The notes below the pieces were generated by a model that was not told the origin of the DNA, made no database searches, and saw nothing but the letters and a program-made list of their open reading frames with translations. Shown piece after piece: positions 21,574-34,870 of a stretch of DNA of 64,000 nucleotides (position 1 is its first letter; each line of letters starts with the position of its first letter). Where the stretch lies: positions 620,001-684,000 of the forward strand of contig CATNEN010000039.1 of the NCBI GenBank assembly GCA_950097015.1, in the 5' to 3' direction. Source of the stretch: Macrostomum hystrix (Eukaryota > Animalia > Platyhelminthes). A program made the position numbers and the translations under genes.

Positions 21574-24010
21574 TCATTCCGGTGGACGGCGGAACTCCTC
21601 CACGGAAAGCAGTAGGAGCACGCCCAGGCAGAAAAGCACCAGGCTGATGGAGAAGAAGTTCAGCATGCAGGCGCTCCAGGACAGCTTGTCGTAGTTGTCG
21701 CTGAAGTGTGGGAAAGGGATCGCATTGGAGGCTGCTCAAGCTGGCTTAGCACGTCACTCATCTCACTTACATGTCCCCGGCCAGAGTGACAGCTCCGGTG
21801 AGCACCGCCATGCAGGCCAGGCCCAAAATGATGGCCCCGCAGGCGCGGTGCAGCCGCAGCACGGCGGCCCTGACAGGCGGGGAGCCCCCTGGGTAGAGGA
21901 ACACAAGGAAGCCAGCGAGCCACTGCAGGCCGAACAGGCCGATGGCGCCTATGCCCAGCCAGGAGTGCAGGCTGTAGAAATGCGCATAGCCCAAGTCATT
22001 CTTGTGCTTGATCACGGACACCAGGGCGGCCACAGTCAGTCCCAAGGCGAGCAGGTTGAAGCAGCCGTGCGCGATCTTCACTGGCAGCTTAGGCCTGTGC
22101 CGCAGCAGCCGGTACAGCAGCATGGCTGAGGGACACACGGGGAGACCATCCGGCAGCTGAGCTCAGACATCAGCTCACAGATCAGCTCACAGATCAGCTC
22201 ACAGATCAGCTCACAGATCAGCTCACAGATCAGCTCACAGATCAGCTCACAGATCAGCTCACAGATCAGCTCACAGATCAGCTCACAGATCAGCTCACAG
22301 ATCTGCTCACAGATCAGCTCACAGATCTGCTCACAGATCAGCTCACAGATCAGCTCACAGATCAAATCATCGTGCGGCGGCGTTTATCCTGGCAAGGTGT
22401 TTCCACTGATTTCTTGTACGTGAGCTCACCTTTGCTGTTGAGATGCACCAGACCCACAGTCATGAACAGCGGGTGGAACTTGAAGATGTGGTCACTGTCC
22501 CAGCCGAAGCCGGACTTGCTGAAGCTATTCAGCCAGACTCCCAGCAAAGCCAGCATCGCCACCCCAATCGCCTGCGCAGTCAATGGTGAGGGCAAGGCGG
22601 CTGAATGTCAAAAGCTGTCAGACATGACATCATGTGTTTTATAAATCAGTTCGCTAGCATTAGCAGTATAGAAATACCACAGCTAAAAACAGATCACTGT
22701 AACAGTGGTTTATACAGATCACTGTAACAGTGGTTTATACAGATCACTGTAACAGTGGTTTATACAGATCACTGTAACAGTGGTTTATACAGATCACTGT
22801 AACAGTGGTTTATACAGATCACTGTAACAGTGGTTTATACAGATCACTGTAACAGTGGTTTATACAGATCACTGTAACAGTGGTTTATACAGATCACTAT
22901 AACAGTGGTTTATACAGATCACTGTAACAGTGGTTTATACAGATCACTGTAACAGTGGTTTATACAGATCACTGTAACAGTGGTTTATACAGATCACTGT
23001 AACAGTGGTTTATACAGATCACTGTAACAGTGGTTTATACAGATCATTGTAACAGTGGTTTATACAGATCACTGTAACAGTGGTTTATACAGATCATTGT
23101 AACAGTGGTTTATACAGATCACTGTAACAGTGGTTTATACAGATCACTGTAACAGTGGTTTATACAGATAAAATCACGGAAGAATCACGAAAATCGGTCA
23201 TTCTGTTTGGGATCTATCGTGAAGTAGGCAGTAGGTATTCAAAATACCCCCCGCAGTCGTTCCCCAGGGGGGGGGGATAGCGTCGCCTTTCTACTGTTAA
23301 GCGCGATGCCGTCAGCGCATTAAGGCGCATTGAAAGCGTCCTCGGCAAAAGTGCGTGAATGGCATCTGAAACCCTGCTATGATTGCAGATGTCATGGCCA
23401 GCATGTCAGTCCCTGCTATGATTGCAGATGTCATGGCCAGCATGTCAGTCCCTGCTATGATTGCAGATGTCATGGCCAGCATGTCAGTCCCTGCTATGAT
23501 TGCAGATGTCATGGCCAGCATGTCAGTCCCTGCTATGATTTCAGATGTCATGGCCAGCATGTCAGTCCCTGCTATGATTTCAGATGTCATGGCCAGCATG
23601 TCAGTCCCTGCTATGATTTCAGATGTCATGGCCAGCATGTCAGTCCCTGCTATGATTGCAGATGTCATGGCCAGCATGTCAGTCCCTGCTATGATTTCAG
23701 ATGTCATGGCCAGCATGTCAGTCCCTGCTATGATTGCAGATGTCATGGCCAGCATGTCAGTCCCTGCTATGATTGCAGATGTCATGGCCAGCATGTCAGT
23801 TCCTGCTATGATTTCAGATGTCATGGCCAGCATGTCAGTCCCTGCTATGATTTCAGATGTCATGGCCAGCATGTCAGTCCCTGCTATGATTTCAGATGTC
23901 ATGACCAGCATGTCAGTCACCTGCACTCCGGCGAATCCGGCCAGAAAGCGTCGGAAGGCCCGCTGAGATGCTGGGGCGGCCGGTGGAATATCCATCATCT
24001 GGTAGTCCAT
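21574..24010 (-). CDS. Cytochrome b561 family protein (CYB561/CYBRD1-like); exons 24010-23921, 22571-22430, 22125-21771, 21700-21574; about 237 aa
   Basis: FKFHPLFMTVG, KIAHG, HFYSLHSWLG and LRLHRACG supply the four heme-ligand histidines. All junctions are GT-AG and in frame. Confidence 0.93.
22158..22363. repeat. 12-bp minisatellite (CAGCTCACAGAT), cytochrome b561 intron 2
   Basis: Tandem periodicity. Confidence 0.95.
22689..23169. repeat. 25-bp minisatellite (ACAGATCACTGTAACAGTGGTTTAT), about 19 copies
   Basis: Tandem periodicity; the unit contains the inverted repeat CACTGT-A-ACAGTG. Confidence 0.95.
23372..23918. repeat. 39-bp minisatellite, about 14 copies, abutting the exon 1 splice donor
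   Basis: Unit CCCTGCTATGATTKCAGATGTCATGGCCAGCATGTCAGT. Confidence 0.95.
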
Positions 24011-24571
24011 GTCTGAGCGCTCCTCAAAGCCTCACTGCCGAGTCACTTAGCTAGAGCAAGCACACTTATTGGGTCGCGCTATGAAATTATGCCCTTTAAA
24101 GCAGGTCTTATCTAGGAAAAGCTGAGCTGGTGCGGCTTTCTACCTTGAGTCTGCTCTCTGACTCATGCAGCTTTCACTTGCGAGCACGCATTGCCCTGAG
24201 ATATGCAGTGCGCGAGGCCCTTAGTTCTTGAAGGAGTTTGACAGTGGGTTGGAATTGCACAGCTGAGAGCCCGTACTCCAGCCTGGGTGACGTCAGCTGG
24301 GCCAAGATAACGTATCTGCGTCTGTATTGTATTCGAATTGGTAAAAGTAGCAAGTCTTGCTGTAACGAGTCAATCAGATCAAGTCAGATTGAAGATACGT
24401 ACCAATGGTACATGATACAAGAGCAAATACACAATCTCAAAATGAGCTTTGACTTTCATGAATTTCCTGGCTGGTGGGTGATCTGCCGCTCGGCGACTCC
24501 TCAGAGACGGCTTTTCGGTCACTTGGGCCTGACTGTCTGCTTCATCGGGATGCTGGAAGTTATCCCTCACG

Positions 24572-24871
24572 AGATCTAAGGACTCATTCCATCTCAGATC
24601 TAAGGACTCATTCCATCTCAGATCTAAGGACTCATTCCATCTCAGATCTAAGGACTCATTCCATCTCAGATCTAAGGACTCATTCCATCTCAGATCTAAG
24701 GACTCATTCCATCTCAGATCTAAGGACTCATTCCATCTCAGATCTAAGGACTCATTCCATCTCAGATCTAAGGACTCATTCCATCTCAGATCTAAGGACT
24801 CATTCCATCTCAGATCTAAGGACTCATTCCATATCAGATCTAAGGACTCATTCCATCTCAGATCTAAGGAC
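24572..24871. repeat. 24-bp minisatellite (AGATCTAAGGACTCATTCCATCTC), about 12 copies
   Basis: Tandem periodicity. Confidence 0.95.
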
Positions 24872-24938
24872 GGCCCCGCACCGATCAAATGAGGTAGCTA
24901 AAAACGTCGCAAAAGGCTTCGTGCAGGCGACGCGAACG

Positions 24939-25667
24939 TCACCCCAGACCTAATTAGCCACACCATCACCCCAGACCTAATTAGCCACACCATCACCCCA
25001 GACCTAATTAGCCACACCATCACCCCAGACCTAATTAGCCACACCATCACCCCAGACCTAATTAGCCACACCATCACCCCAGACCTAATTAGCCACACCA
25101 TCACCCCAGACCTAATTAGCCACACCATCACCCCAGACCTAATTAGCCAGACCATCGCCCCAGACCTAATTAGCCACACCATCACCCCAGACCTAATTAG
25201 CCACACCATCACCCCAGACCTAATTAGCCGCACCATCACCCCAGACCTAATTAGCCGCACCATCACCCCAGACCTAATTAGCCGCACCATCGCCCCAGAC
25301 CTAATTAGCCACACCATCACCCCAGACCTAATTAGCCGCCCCATCGCCCCAGACCTAATTAGCCACACCATCACCCCAGACCTAATTAGCCGCCCCATCG
25401 CCCCAGACCTAATTAGCCACCCCATCGCCCCAGACCTAATTAGCCACACCATCACCCCAGACCTAATTAGCCACACAATCACCCCAGACCTAATTAGCCA
25501 CACAATCACCCCAGACCTAATTAGCCACCCCATCGCCCCAGACCTAATTAGCCACACCATCACCCTAGACCTAATTAGCCGCACCATCACCCCAGACCTA
25601 ATTAGCCACACCATCACCCCAGACCTAATTAGCCAACCCATCGCCCCAGACCTAATTAGCCGCACCA
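24939..25667. repeat. 27-bp minisatellite (CATCACCCCAGACCTAATTAGCCACAC), about 27 copies
   Basis: Tandem periodicity. Confidence 0.95.
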
Positions 25668-26477
25668 ACTTGAGTGGGGCCAAAAAGTCAACGAAGATTT
25701 GAAAGATTTAGTCTCGAAGCCGGTGTAGATTGCATGAAGATATGAAACATTTAGTCTCGCGCCCCAGCCTTGAAGCATTTGGCGCAATACGTTTGTATTA
25801 CAGTGCATACAGTGCGAGTTCAGTACCGAGCCAGGCTGAAGCAGCGCGGACTCTGCAAAAGCTCATCAAGTACGTTCAAGCTCTAGCAGAGCGCTTAGCG
25901 ATAAGTAAGTTAAAACATAATTACGCGAATAAAGCGACCATGGCAACAAATAATAACACGGCACCGGAACGTAAATAGAATAGTCAGAGACAACCAATAA
26001 AAAGCCAGGGTCGACACTAATGTTGCACCGATCAACGTCAAAAGCATGCCGAGCAGGTGCTTGCTCCCATCCCTGGCTTCTCAAACAAAATACGCACCGC
26101 TCCGCATCAACATTTCGCGCTGACCGACGTACTCGAGACCGCACCAGCGAAGCTATAATTGAAGCTGACGAGGTCGGAGGTGTGAAATAGCTGACTATAT
26201 TTAGGGACTGCTAAGTTTACTCTATGTAGGTGATACCCTGTTCTGAGACGGAGTCGGCCGTGCTGGATCGAATCGAGCCTACCGTCCAGCAGCAGGGGGC
26301 GGGGACATTTCAAAGCATAAGGGAATCAGGTGTCAATCAGATAGATTTGTACATTGATTTCGAGCCCAAACTGGAAAGGCTGTAGGTACGGCCGTGCGAC
26401 ATGGAAATTTGCTGCAGTCATTCCAAACCCGCGAGATCAAAGTGTGGAATATTGCATAGCAGCAGCAGTCACTTGCG

Positions 26478-29400
26478 TCACTGCAGAGTGTAAGAAGTCT
26501 CGGCTTCAAGGCTTGGGGCAGTAGGCCGCATGTAGAAGGCCAGCACGTAGCGATGGGTTCGCCGCGGCAGCTGCAGCTCGGACAGCACCTCTCCGGAGAT
26601 GATCCGCGACAGCGGTCCCTCGACGGAACGGCCGGGGCAGCTGACGTCACAGATGAGCGGCACGGTGCCGAACTTGCTGTAGGGCTCGATGTGCACGCTC
26701 TGCTGGCTGATGCGGATGCGCAACAAGCTCTTGGACTCGACTGACTTACCCGACAGGATGGAGAAGCAGAAAACACCTGAGGATTTATGGACCGAGTTTA
26801 GAACTTCACTTTCCTATTATGGGAGTCCACACATTGAAATTCAACTTGCATGAAGAAAGAAGTCACTCGAATTTTCTGTAATCATCAATATCAGACACAC
26901 GGTTAGCAGTGATGGTAATAGCAGCCATGAGATTATCAGCCATGGGATTAGCAGCCATGGGATTATCAGCCATGGGATTAGCAGCCATGGGATTATCAGC
27001 CATGGGATTATCAGCAATAGGATTATCAGCCATGGGATTGGCAGCCATGAGATTATCAGCCATGGGATTATCAGCCATAGGATTATCAGTCATGGGATTG
27101 GCAGCCATGAGATTATCAGCCATGGGATTATCAGCCATAGGATTATCAGCCATGGGATTGGCAGCCATGGGATTAGCAGTCATGTGATTAGCAGTCATGT
27201 GATTAGCAGCCATGGGATTAGCAGAAATGGTATTTGCAGTCATGGTAATAGTAGCCATGGGATTAGCAGCCATGGAATTGGCAGCCATGGGATTAGCAGC
27301 CATGGAGTTAGCAGCCATGGAATTGGCAGAAGCATTAGCCACAGCAGAAGCGTTTGCTGGAATCCTGATCTCCTGCGCTCACCGTTCCGCGGCATGGCCT
27401 GGATGTCTTCAGTCAGCCGCCGGCGCAGCGTGGATTGCGAGTCTTCCTGCACGATGACTGCCTCGATGGTGCGGCCAGACGGGTTGCAGGCGAGCACCCG
27501 CTCGGCTTCGATTCGCAGGCTCAGCACCAGGAAGCTGTCCGCTGTGACATTGCTCCTGTTGTTCAGGCCGAAACTCGAGTTTAAACCGACGCCTGTGGCC
27601 ACTTGAATTCTGCAATTCGAAAGCGGGGTGCAACAGTGCAAGGAGCTGTTGGGCCTCAGCTACAGCCCTCTGGCGTTGCTTGACAGACTGTGCAGTACAT
27701 TCGGCTTCGCATTTTCTGCCTACTCCTGTCCCAGTGACCATACTGCTGTCCCAGTGAGCATATTCCTGTCCCAGTCAGCATACTCCTGTCCCAGTCAGCA
27801 TACTCCTGTCCCAGTCAGCATACTCCTGTCCCAGTCAGCATACTCCTGTCCCAGTCAGCATACTCCTGTCCCAGTCAGCATACTGTCAGCATACTGTCAG
27901 CATACTCCTGTCCCAGTCAGCATACTGTCAGCATACTGTCAGCATACTGTCAGCATACTCCTGTCCCAGTCAGCATACTGTCAGCATACTGTCAGCATAC
28001 TCCTGTCCCAGTCAGCATACTCCTGTCCCAGTCAGCATACTCCTGTCCCAGTCAGCATACTCCTGTCCCAGTCAGCATACTCCTGTCCCAGTCAGCATAC
28101 TCCTGTCCCAGTCAGCATACTGTCAGCATACTGTCAGCATACTCCTGTCCCAGTCAGCATACTCCTGTCCCAGTCAGCATACTGTCAGCATACTGTCAGC
28201 ATACTCCTGTCCCAGTCAGCATACTGTCAGCATACTGTCAGCATACTGTCAGCATACTCCTGTCCCAGTCAGCATACTGTCAGCATACTGTCAGCATACT
28301 CCTGTCCCAGTCAGCATACTCCTGTCCCAGTCAGCATACTCCTGTCCCAGTCAGCATACTGTCAGCATACTCCTGTCCCAGTCAGCATACTGTCAGCATA
28401 CTGTCAGCATACTGTCAGCATACTCCTGTCCCAGTCAGCATACTGTCAGCATACTGTCAGCATACTCCTGTCCCAGTCAGCATACTGTCAGCATACTGTC
28501 AGCATACTCCTGTCCCAGTCAGCATACTGTCAGCATACTGTCAGCATACTGTCAGCATACTGTCAGCATACTCCTGTCCCAGTCAGCATACTGTCAGCAT
28601 ACTGTCAGCATACTCCTGTTCCAGTCAGCATACTGTCAGCATACTGTCAGCATACTGTCAGCATACTGTCAGCATACTCCTGTTCCAGTCAGCATACTGT
28701 CAGCATACTGTCAGCATACTCCTGTCCCAGTCAGCATACTGTCAGCATACTGTCAGCATACTGTCAGCATACTCCTGTCCCAGTCAGCATACTGTCAGCA
28801 TACTGTCAGCATACTGTCAGCATACTCCTGTTCCAGTCAGCATACTGTCAGCATACTGTCAGCATACTCCTGTTCCAGTGGGCATTAAGCAGTTCACGCA
28901 TGCGCATTCAGAGACGGTAAGCTATTTTTCTCGCTGCACAATCTCTGTTTACACACGCAATCTCTGCTGCATCGAATAAGTGATTCTCCTGTACCTGAAA
29001 TACTTTCCCAAGGAGCGGTCAAAGTTGAGAGTTTTCTGCAGCCTCCCTGAGAACACTTGCCGCTCTATCAGGTGGCGGCTGTCAGTGTACAGCACCGGCT
29101 TCATCTTCCAGATCACCACCTGGGCACTGTCTTGGCGCATCACGGGCCGGATGGATATCTCAGAAGGGGTCACTTTGAGATCCACGGCCACCTGCTCAAA
29201 CAGAGTATCAGCCGAGGAGGCGAACAGGCGGTATGTGTTGACGCCATCGATGAACTTCTGCAGCCACTGGTCGCTGGACACGAGCTCTAAACTTTTTTCC
29301 GGTCCCGAGGCCTCCATGCGCATGGGCTTCTCCTCCAGGTTGGTGATCTGGATGTTGTCATCCAGCACTACCAGCTCCACGTTGCAGCTGTAAGACGTCT

Positions 29401-29542
29401 TGCCCAGGTCAAAAGCATCGGCTTGGCCGTAGACAGGAGACGCTGAGGATCTGTTCTTGAGATACAACGCCACAGCCAGCATCAACAGGATGGCGAAAGT
29501 GCAGACAGAAATGATGAAAAATATCAGCGTTGCTGCAGCCAT
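26478..29542 (-). CDS. Uncharacterised protein with an N-terminal membrane anchor; exons 29542-28995, 27609-27383, 26776-26478; about 357 aa
   Basis: Hydrophobic N-terminus (LIFFIISVCTFAILLMLAVALYL). Three ORF segments join in frame via AG|GTACAG...TTGCAG and G|GTGAGC...CCTCAG. GC3-rich codons. Confidence 0.75.
26905..27343. repeat. 15-bp minisatellite (GCCATGGGATTAKCA), intronic
   Basis: Degenerate tandem periodicity. Confidence 0.9.
27720..28879. repeat. Compound 20/11-bp minisatellite (TACTCCTGTCCCAGTCAGCA and TACTGTCAGCA), intronic
   Basis: Two related units interleaved. Confidence 0.95.
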
Positions 29543-29991
29543 CACATCTGCTATACTTTGATTTCGCAGTTTTCTGGTCAGATGCAGTGAAAAAGTTTAA
29601 ATTTTAATTGCCTTGTTTGCGATCCAAGCGAAGTCTGTGACCTAGCAAGCGGCTCGGTCTTTTGCCCATAGACAAAGCCGGACAGTCGCGAATCCATAAA
29701 TGCCTTGTATGTACTTGTATGCTATATACTCGTAGCTGTATACATTCAAAGCGAATTCTGCGCGCTTGCTAACTTTATTTACCATAGACATAACCAGGCG
29801 CAGACAAGTGCTAGAGCAAGCAGACAACCGACGCACGTCTTAGTGCAAGGAGAGGCTTTTGCCATGGAAGCACGAGTTAATCTTTCTGAATCGCATTCTG
29901 TTTTTACTCAGCGTGCAGTGATTTATTGCTAAAAATAAATTATCAACGATGATGCTCTGTTGGTCAATGGTCTGATCATCTAGAACTACGA

Positions 29992-30525
29992 GTATGTTCT
30001 TGCTATTCACCTTGCAGATGGCATCATGAAGATCTAGAACTATGTTCTTGCTATTCACCTTGCAGATGGCATCATGAAGATCTAGAACTATGCTCTTGCT
30101 ATTCACCTTGCAGATGGCATCATGAAGATCTAGAACTATGTTCTTGCTAATCACCTTGCAGATGGCATCATGAAGATCTAGAACTATGTTCTTGCTAATC
30201 ACCTTGCAGATGGCATCATGAAGATCTAGAACTATGTTCTTGCTATTCACCTTGCAGATGGCATCATGAAGATCTAGAACTATGCTCTTGCTATTCACCT
30301 TGCAGATGGCATCATGAAGATCTAGAACTATGCTCTTGCTATTCACCTTGCAGATGGCATCATGAAGATCTAGAACTATGCTCTTGCTATTCACCTTGCA
30401 GATGGCATCATGAAGATCTAGAACTATGCTCTTGCTATTCACCTTGCAGATGGCATCATGAAGATCTAGAACTATGCTCTTGCTATTCACCTTGCAGATG
30501 GCATCATGAAGATCTAGAACTATGT
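29992..30525. repeat. 48-bp minisatellite, about 11 copies
   Basis: Unit CTATGYTCTTGCTATTCACCTTGCAGATGGCATCATGAAGATCTAGAA. Confidence 0.95.
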
Positions 30526-31130
30526 CCGATTCGCATGTAAGGGTGGAATGATTGGTCGACAGACCTATAGTTTACCCTTCTCCGTGATCTGCATACAACA
30601 CTGATGAAAGCAGTCTTTTTGAGCCATGGACAGATTTGCAGTGTTCAGACCTGCTGAATGCACTTTTACATTTGAAAATATTTAAAAGTTTGCACCCACA
30701 GGCGAGCGCAATACGTTATCAAGATTTGCTATTCTATTTTGGCCATAGATAGACAAAGTAAGCGAAAAATAATCGAAGCAAAGTACGCGTTAAACGGTCC
30801 AAAAATATTACCTTAGACAATGATTCAAACCATAGTTTGTATGTAGCAATGATTACAAAATTGATTATTTGTTAATGGTTCTAAGTGTATATAACACTAT
30901 GCTATATGAAACTAGGCTATATAGTGCATATACTATACGAGTGTATATCGGTAGTAGATATTGATAAATTGCAGACATAAAGTTATTCTAGCTCGTATCA
31001 ATTCTGAGACACCAAGCACAAATAGAATGTACTTTACTAGCACTAGCCTGAAAGAATGCTGCATTTTGGGGGAATGTTTTAACGTCTAATTTGCGAGTTC
31101 AGGTGATTTCGAACGCATTGCCCATGCTGA

Positions 31131-33568
31131 TCACGCCGATCGCAGCCGGGCATAGGCCTCAAAAGTCTCCCTGAACCTCTCTGAGCTGCTCATGAGCTGC
31201 CGCCTGTACTCATGCACCTGGGCTTCCAGCTGCGGTTCCTCCACGCTGCCGCGGACCAGCTCGCAGTTCTTGTGCGCCTCATAGTGGAACTGTGGCGTCC
31301 GAAGTTCGAACCTGGAGAGGGGCCAGGCGGCTCACAATGAGATGTGACTGTATGGAGAAAGGGTATTATCTAGTCTACGAGTAAGAGCTGAATTGAATGA
31401 TTTACCTGCTGCTTATCTACTCGGGCTGTCTTAGGATCTAAAGTCTAGCACTTCAACGCATGCACGGACTCAAATTATTAGGCTAGATAAGTGAGTAGTA
31501 AAAGCCTAATCTGCACTGCACTTGCCAAAGAAAAATATTATTTTTATTCGATGTGCGATCGTTGCTTGACACGGAAACTACTGAAGGAGCTGACATAAGT
31601 GCCACATTTTGGTTCTTCATCGTCTCCAGAAAAGAAGCCCTTCCGCATGCAGATGCTCACCATTTGTCCTTGGGAGGTGCCGTGCGCTCCAGCTCCTGCT
31701 GCCGTTTCACCTCCAGCAGGATCTCCTCCTCGATGCGCAGGCGCTGCATTCGCAGCTGGGCCAGCTCCACGGAGTACGGCGATGATACGAACACCTCGGC
31801 TGCGGCTGTGGGAACGTGGGAAGGTCATTTGCGTGCTCTGAACTGCCAGGTGGTCTCTAAGGGCCCCTCCCATCGGTAAAATCTTTGAAATGACTCAATT
31901 AAGCTAGTTTATTCAGCTGATGTACCCAGTGCTGGTGTACGCAGCTGGTGTACTCAGTGCTGGTGTACTCAGTGCTGGTGTACGCAGCTGGTGTACTCAG
32001 TGCTGGTGTACTCAGTGCTGGTGTACGCAGCTGGTGTACTCAGTGCTGGTGTACTCAGTGCTGGTGTACGCAGCTGGTGTACTCAGTGCTGGTGTACTCA
32101 GCTGGTGTACTCAGTGCTGGTGTACTCAGCTGGTGTACTCAGTGCTGGTGTACTCAGCTGGTGTACTCAGTGCTGGTGTACTCAGCTGGTGTACTCAGTG
32201 CTGGTGTACTCAGTGCTGGTGTACGCAGCTGGTGTACTCAGTGCTGATGTACTCAGCTGGTGTACTCAGTGCTGGTGTCAGTGAAAGAGCAGGCTCAATT
32301 AGTGTAGTGAATCATGTTCTCCACTTGCAGTAGCGAGTGACCTTCTAACTACTTGTGCTGTGAGCCATGCTCCTCACCCTGCCTTGGTCGTTATTTGGCG
32401 TGTAGCCTAGTGGTCCGAGTGTCGGACTCACGACTTGAAGATCGGGGTTCGATTCCCGACTCGACTAGAACTATTTGTATCATTAGCACGATGCTTAACT
32501 CTGTGCAAAGGGCAGTTGTCATTAATTATTTTTTTGGTTCGTATTTGGCTAGCCCCCTGCTCTCGTGATAGGCTGCCTGTCTCTCGCTGTCACCCCTTTA
32601 CCATGTCCGCATTTCACACAAGCCATTTTGTGCCCGGTGGGAGTTCGCTAACCTGTGCTGGGCGCCGCCTCTGCCATGAGACGCTCCCGCTGCTGCCTGG
32701 CCGCTGGCAGCGCACCGGCGAGATGGTCGCCAACGGAGCGGAAGCGCGGCTCAAAGTCATCGGCGTTGTGCGGCGTCCGCAGCCGCCACGGCTCGGGCGG
32801 GTAGGGCAAGCCGCTGCCGGGGGGCGAGAAGGTCAGGCGCGGGTCGGCGGCTGCCGCAGCGGCTGCTCCGGTGGCCTTGATCTGCTCGCGAAGTAGGTAG
32901 GACCTGCCCAGCGTGACCGGAAAGTGCACCGCGGCCAGCGGGTCGAAGTCGACCGGCCGCAGAGGCTGCTGCAACTCGACTGGCGCCGGCCGCTCCCGGC
33001 CAACCAGGGCGGCGGCCCGACTGATTTCAGAGGCTGCGAGCAAGCCGCCCAGCAGGCCCTCACGACGCTCGTCCGGCGTTGCCACCGGCCGCTCCGGAAG
33101 TCCATCTAGCCGGTTCACCGGGTATTCTCCGGTGACCAGGTGACGCGGTGCTTCCAGGTACCACTGGTGATCGTCAGGCGGCACTGGTGATCCCAGCTTT
33201 TGCTCCCTTGGCTCCACTTGCTGCTCCTGTGGGTCTGCGGCCAGAGACTCTTTCCCGCGCTCCTCAAATTTGACTTCGGGTGCTGGCTGAAGGGGCCTTG
33301 GCTTATGTGTGTAGGTCACGTGACTTCTCTGCGGCGAGCCACTCTGAGTCCGGTCCGTGCTGGGAATAAGCCTGGAAAGCCTGTAAAAGGAAGAAAGATT
33401 TTTCGAATACTTTTTCACTTTTTTAAGGCTGGCAGACACGACTTATTTGGCTAAAAGCGGAATTGTCTACGCAGCAGTGACGCGCAGACAGCTGGTGGAA
33501 ATTGCTCACCTCAGCTGTGCACCGCGACCTCGCAAGTAGAAGTCACCCCCAACCGCCTCTGCAGCCAT
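31131..33568 (-). CDS. Uncharacterised protein with a C-terminal coiled coil; exons 33568-33510, 33380-32653, 31805-31661, 31311-31131; about 370 aa
   Basis: Four exons join in frame (phases 2, 1, 2). C-terminus SPYSVELAQLRMQRLRIEEEILLEVKRQQELER...KWFELRTPQFHYEAHKN. Confidence 0.8.
31915..32277. repeat. 15/13-bp minisatellite (GCTGGTGTACTCA[GT]), intronic
   Basis: Tandem periodicity. Confidence 0.93.
32397..32512 (+). mobile_element. tRNA-derived SINE, 5' part
   Basis: Pol III A box TAGCCTAGTGG and B box GGTTCGATTCC; homologous to 34673-34800. Confidence 0.75.
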
Positions 33569-33743
33569 CTGAAACAGGAGCGCTCAGCCGCTGTATTCTA
33601 CGGCTATGATAGTAAATTTTAATGCTTCCATAAATATATGCGAATTCTAAACTGTGTTAAATTTACTCTCAACAAGTACTCTCAAGGGGTAACATAAGTT
33701 CGAAATTCTCTGAAAATATTAATGGGGTTTAATTCTCTAGAAG

Positions 33744-34557
33744 CTCCAGAAGGAACTGTGGGTAAGGAACTCCAGAAGGAACTGTCGGTAAGGAACTCCA
33801 GATGGAACTGTGGGTAAGGAACTCCAGAAGGAACTGTGGGTAAGGAACTCCAGAAGGAACTGTGGGTAAGGAACTCCAGAAGGAACTGTGGGTAAGGAAC
33901 TCCAGATGGAACTGTGGGTAAGGAACTCCAGAAGGAATTGTAGGTAAGGAACTCCAGAAGGAACTGTGGGTAAGGAACTCCAGAAGGAACTGTGGGTAAG
34001 GAACTCCAGATGGAACTGTGGGTAAGGAACTCCAGATGGAACTGTGGGTAAGGAACTCCAGATGGAACTGTGGGTAAGGAACTCCAGAAGGAACTGTGGG
34101 TAAGGAACTCCAGAAGGAACTGTGGGTAAGGAACTCCAGATGGAACTGTGGGTAAGGAACTCCAGAAGGAACTGTGGGTAAGGAACTCCAGATGGAACTG
34201 TGGGTAAGGAACTCCAGAAGGAACTGTGGGTAAGGAACTCCAGAAGGAACTGTGGGTAAGGAACTCCAGAAGGAACTGTGGGTAAGGAACTCCAGATGGA
34301 ACTGTGGGTAAGGAACTTCAGGTGGAACTGTGGGTAAGGAACTCCAGATGGAACTGTGGGTAAGGAACTCCAGAAGGAACTGTGGGTAAGGAACTCCAGA
34401 TGGAACTGTGGGTAAGGAACTCCAGATGGAACTGTGGGTAAGGAACTCCAGAAGGAACTGTGGGTAAGGAACTCCAGAAGGAACTGTGGGTAAGGAACTC
34501 CAGATGGAACTGTGGGTAAGGAACTCCAGAAGGAACTGTAGGTAAGGAACTCCAGAA
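33744..34557. repeat. 26-bp minisatellite (GAACTGTGGGTAAGGAACTCCAGAWG), about 31 copies
   Basis: Tandem periodicity. Confidence 0.95.
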
Positions 34558-34672
34558 GTACAGAAGCAAAATCGCATGGATTGCTTTGAAATTTATTTTC
34601 TAAATCCTGTGAATTTGCGTGGCGAAGCAGACCTGCCACAATTCGGCATTTACCTGTAACTCGGATAAGTAA

Positions 34673-34870
34673 GGGATAGTAGCCTAGTGGTCAGGGCGTC
34701 GGACTCACGGGCGTCGGACTCACGACTTGAATGTCGGGGGTTCGATTCTTAAGTCCACTGGAATAATTTTTGTCCGTTAGCAAGACATGTTAATCTGCAT
34801 TGCTTTAATTCACCCAGCTGTTAAATGGGTACCAGAATTAGCTGGGGTAATTGGGGTTGGGTGTGGCGTC
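34673..34870 (+). mobile_element. tRNA-derived SINE with a CORE-like central domain
   Basis: A and B boxes, an internal 15-bp duplication GGGCGTCGGACTCAC, then TTAGCAAGACA...CACCCAGCTGTTAAATGGGTACC. The 3' end is uncertain. Confidence 0.75.

Noticed and set aside
32397-32468. Possible tRNA-Val(CAC) gene
   Set aside because: The acceptor stem does not pair, and homology to 34673 continues past the tRNA region, so this is a SINE head.
20280-34639. Repetitive ORFs (PATPHLTQQ, ICEL, LDLRWNES, WLIRSGVM, SAYCQHT, LDLHDAICK, EFLTHSS)
   Set aside because: All coincide with intronic or intergenic minisatellites and are open in several frames.
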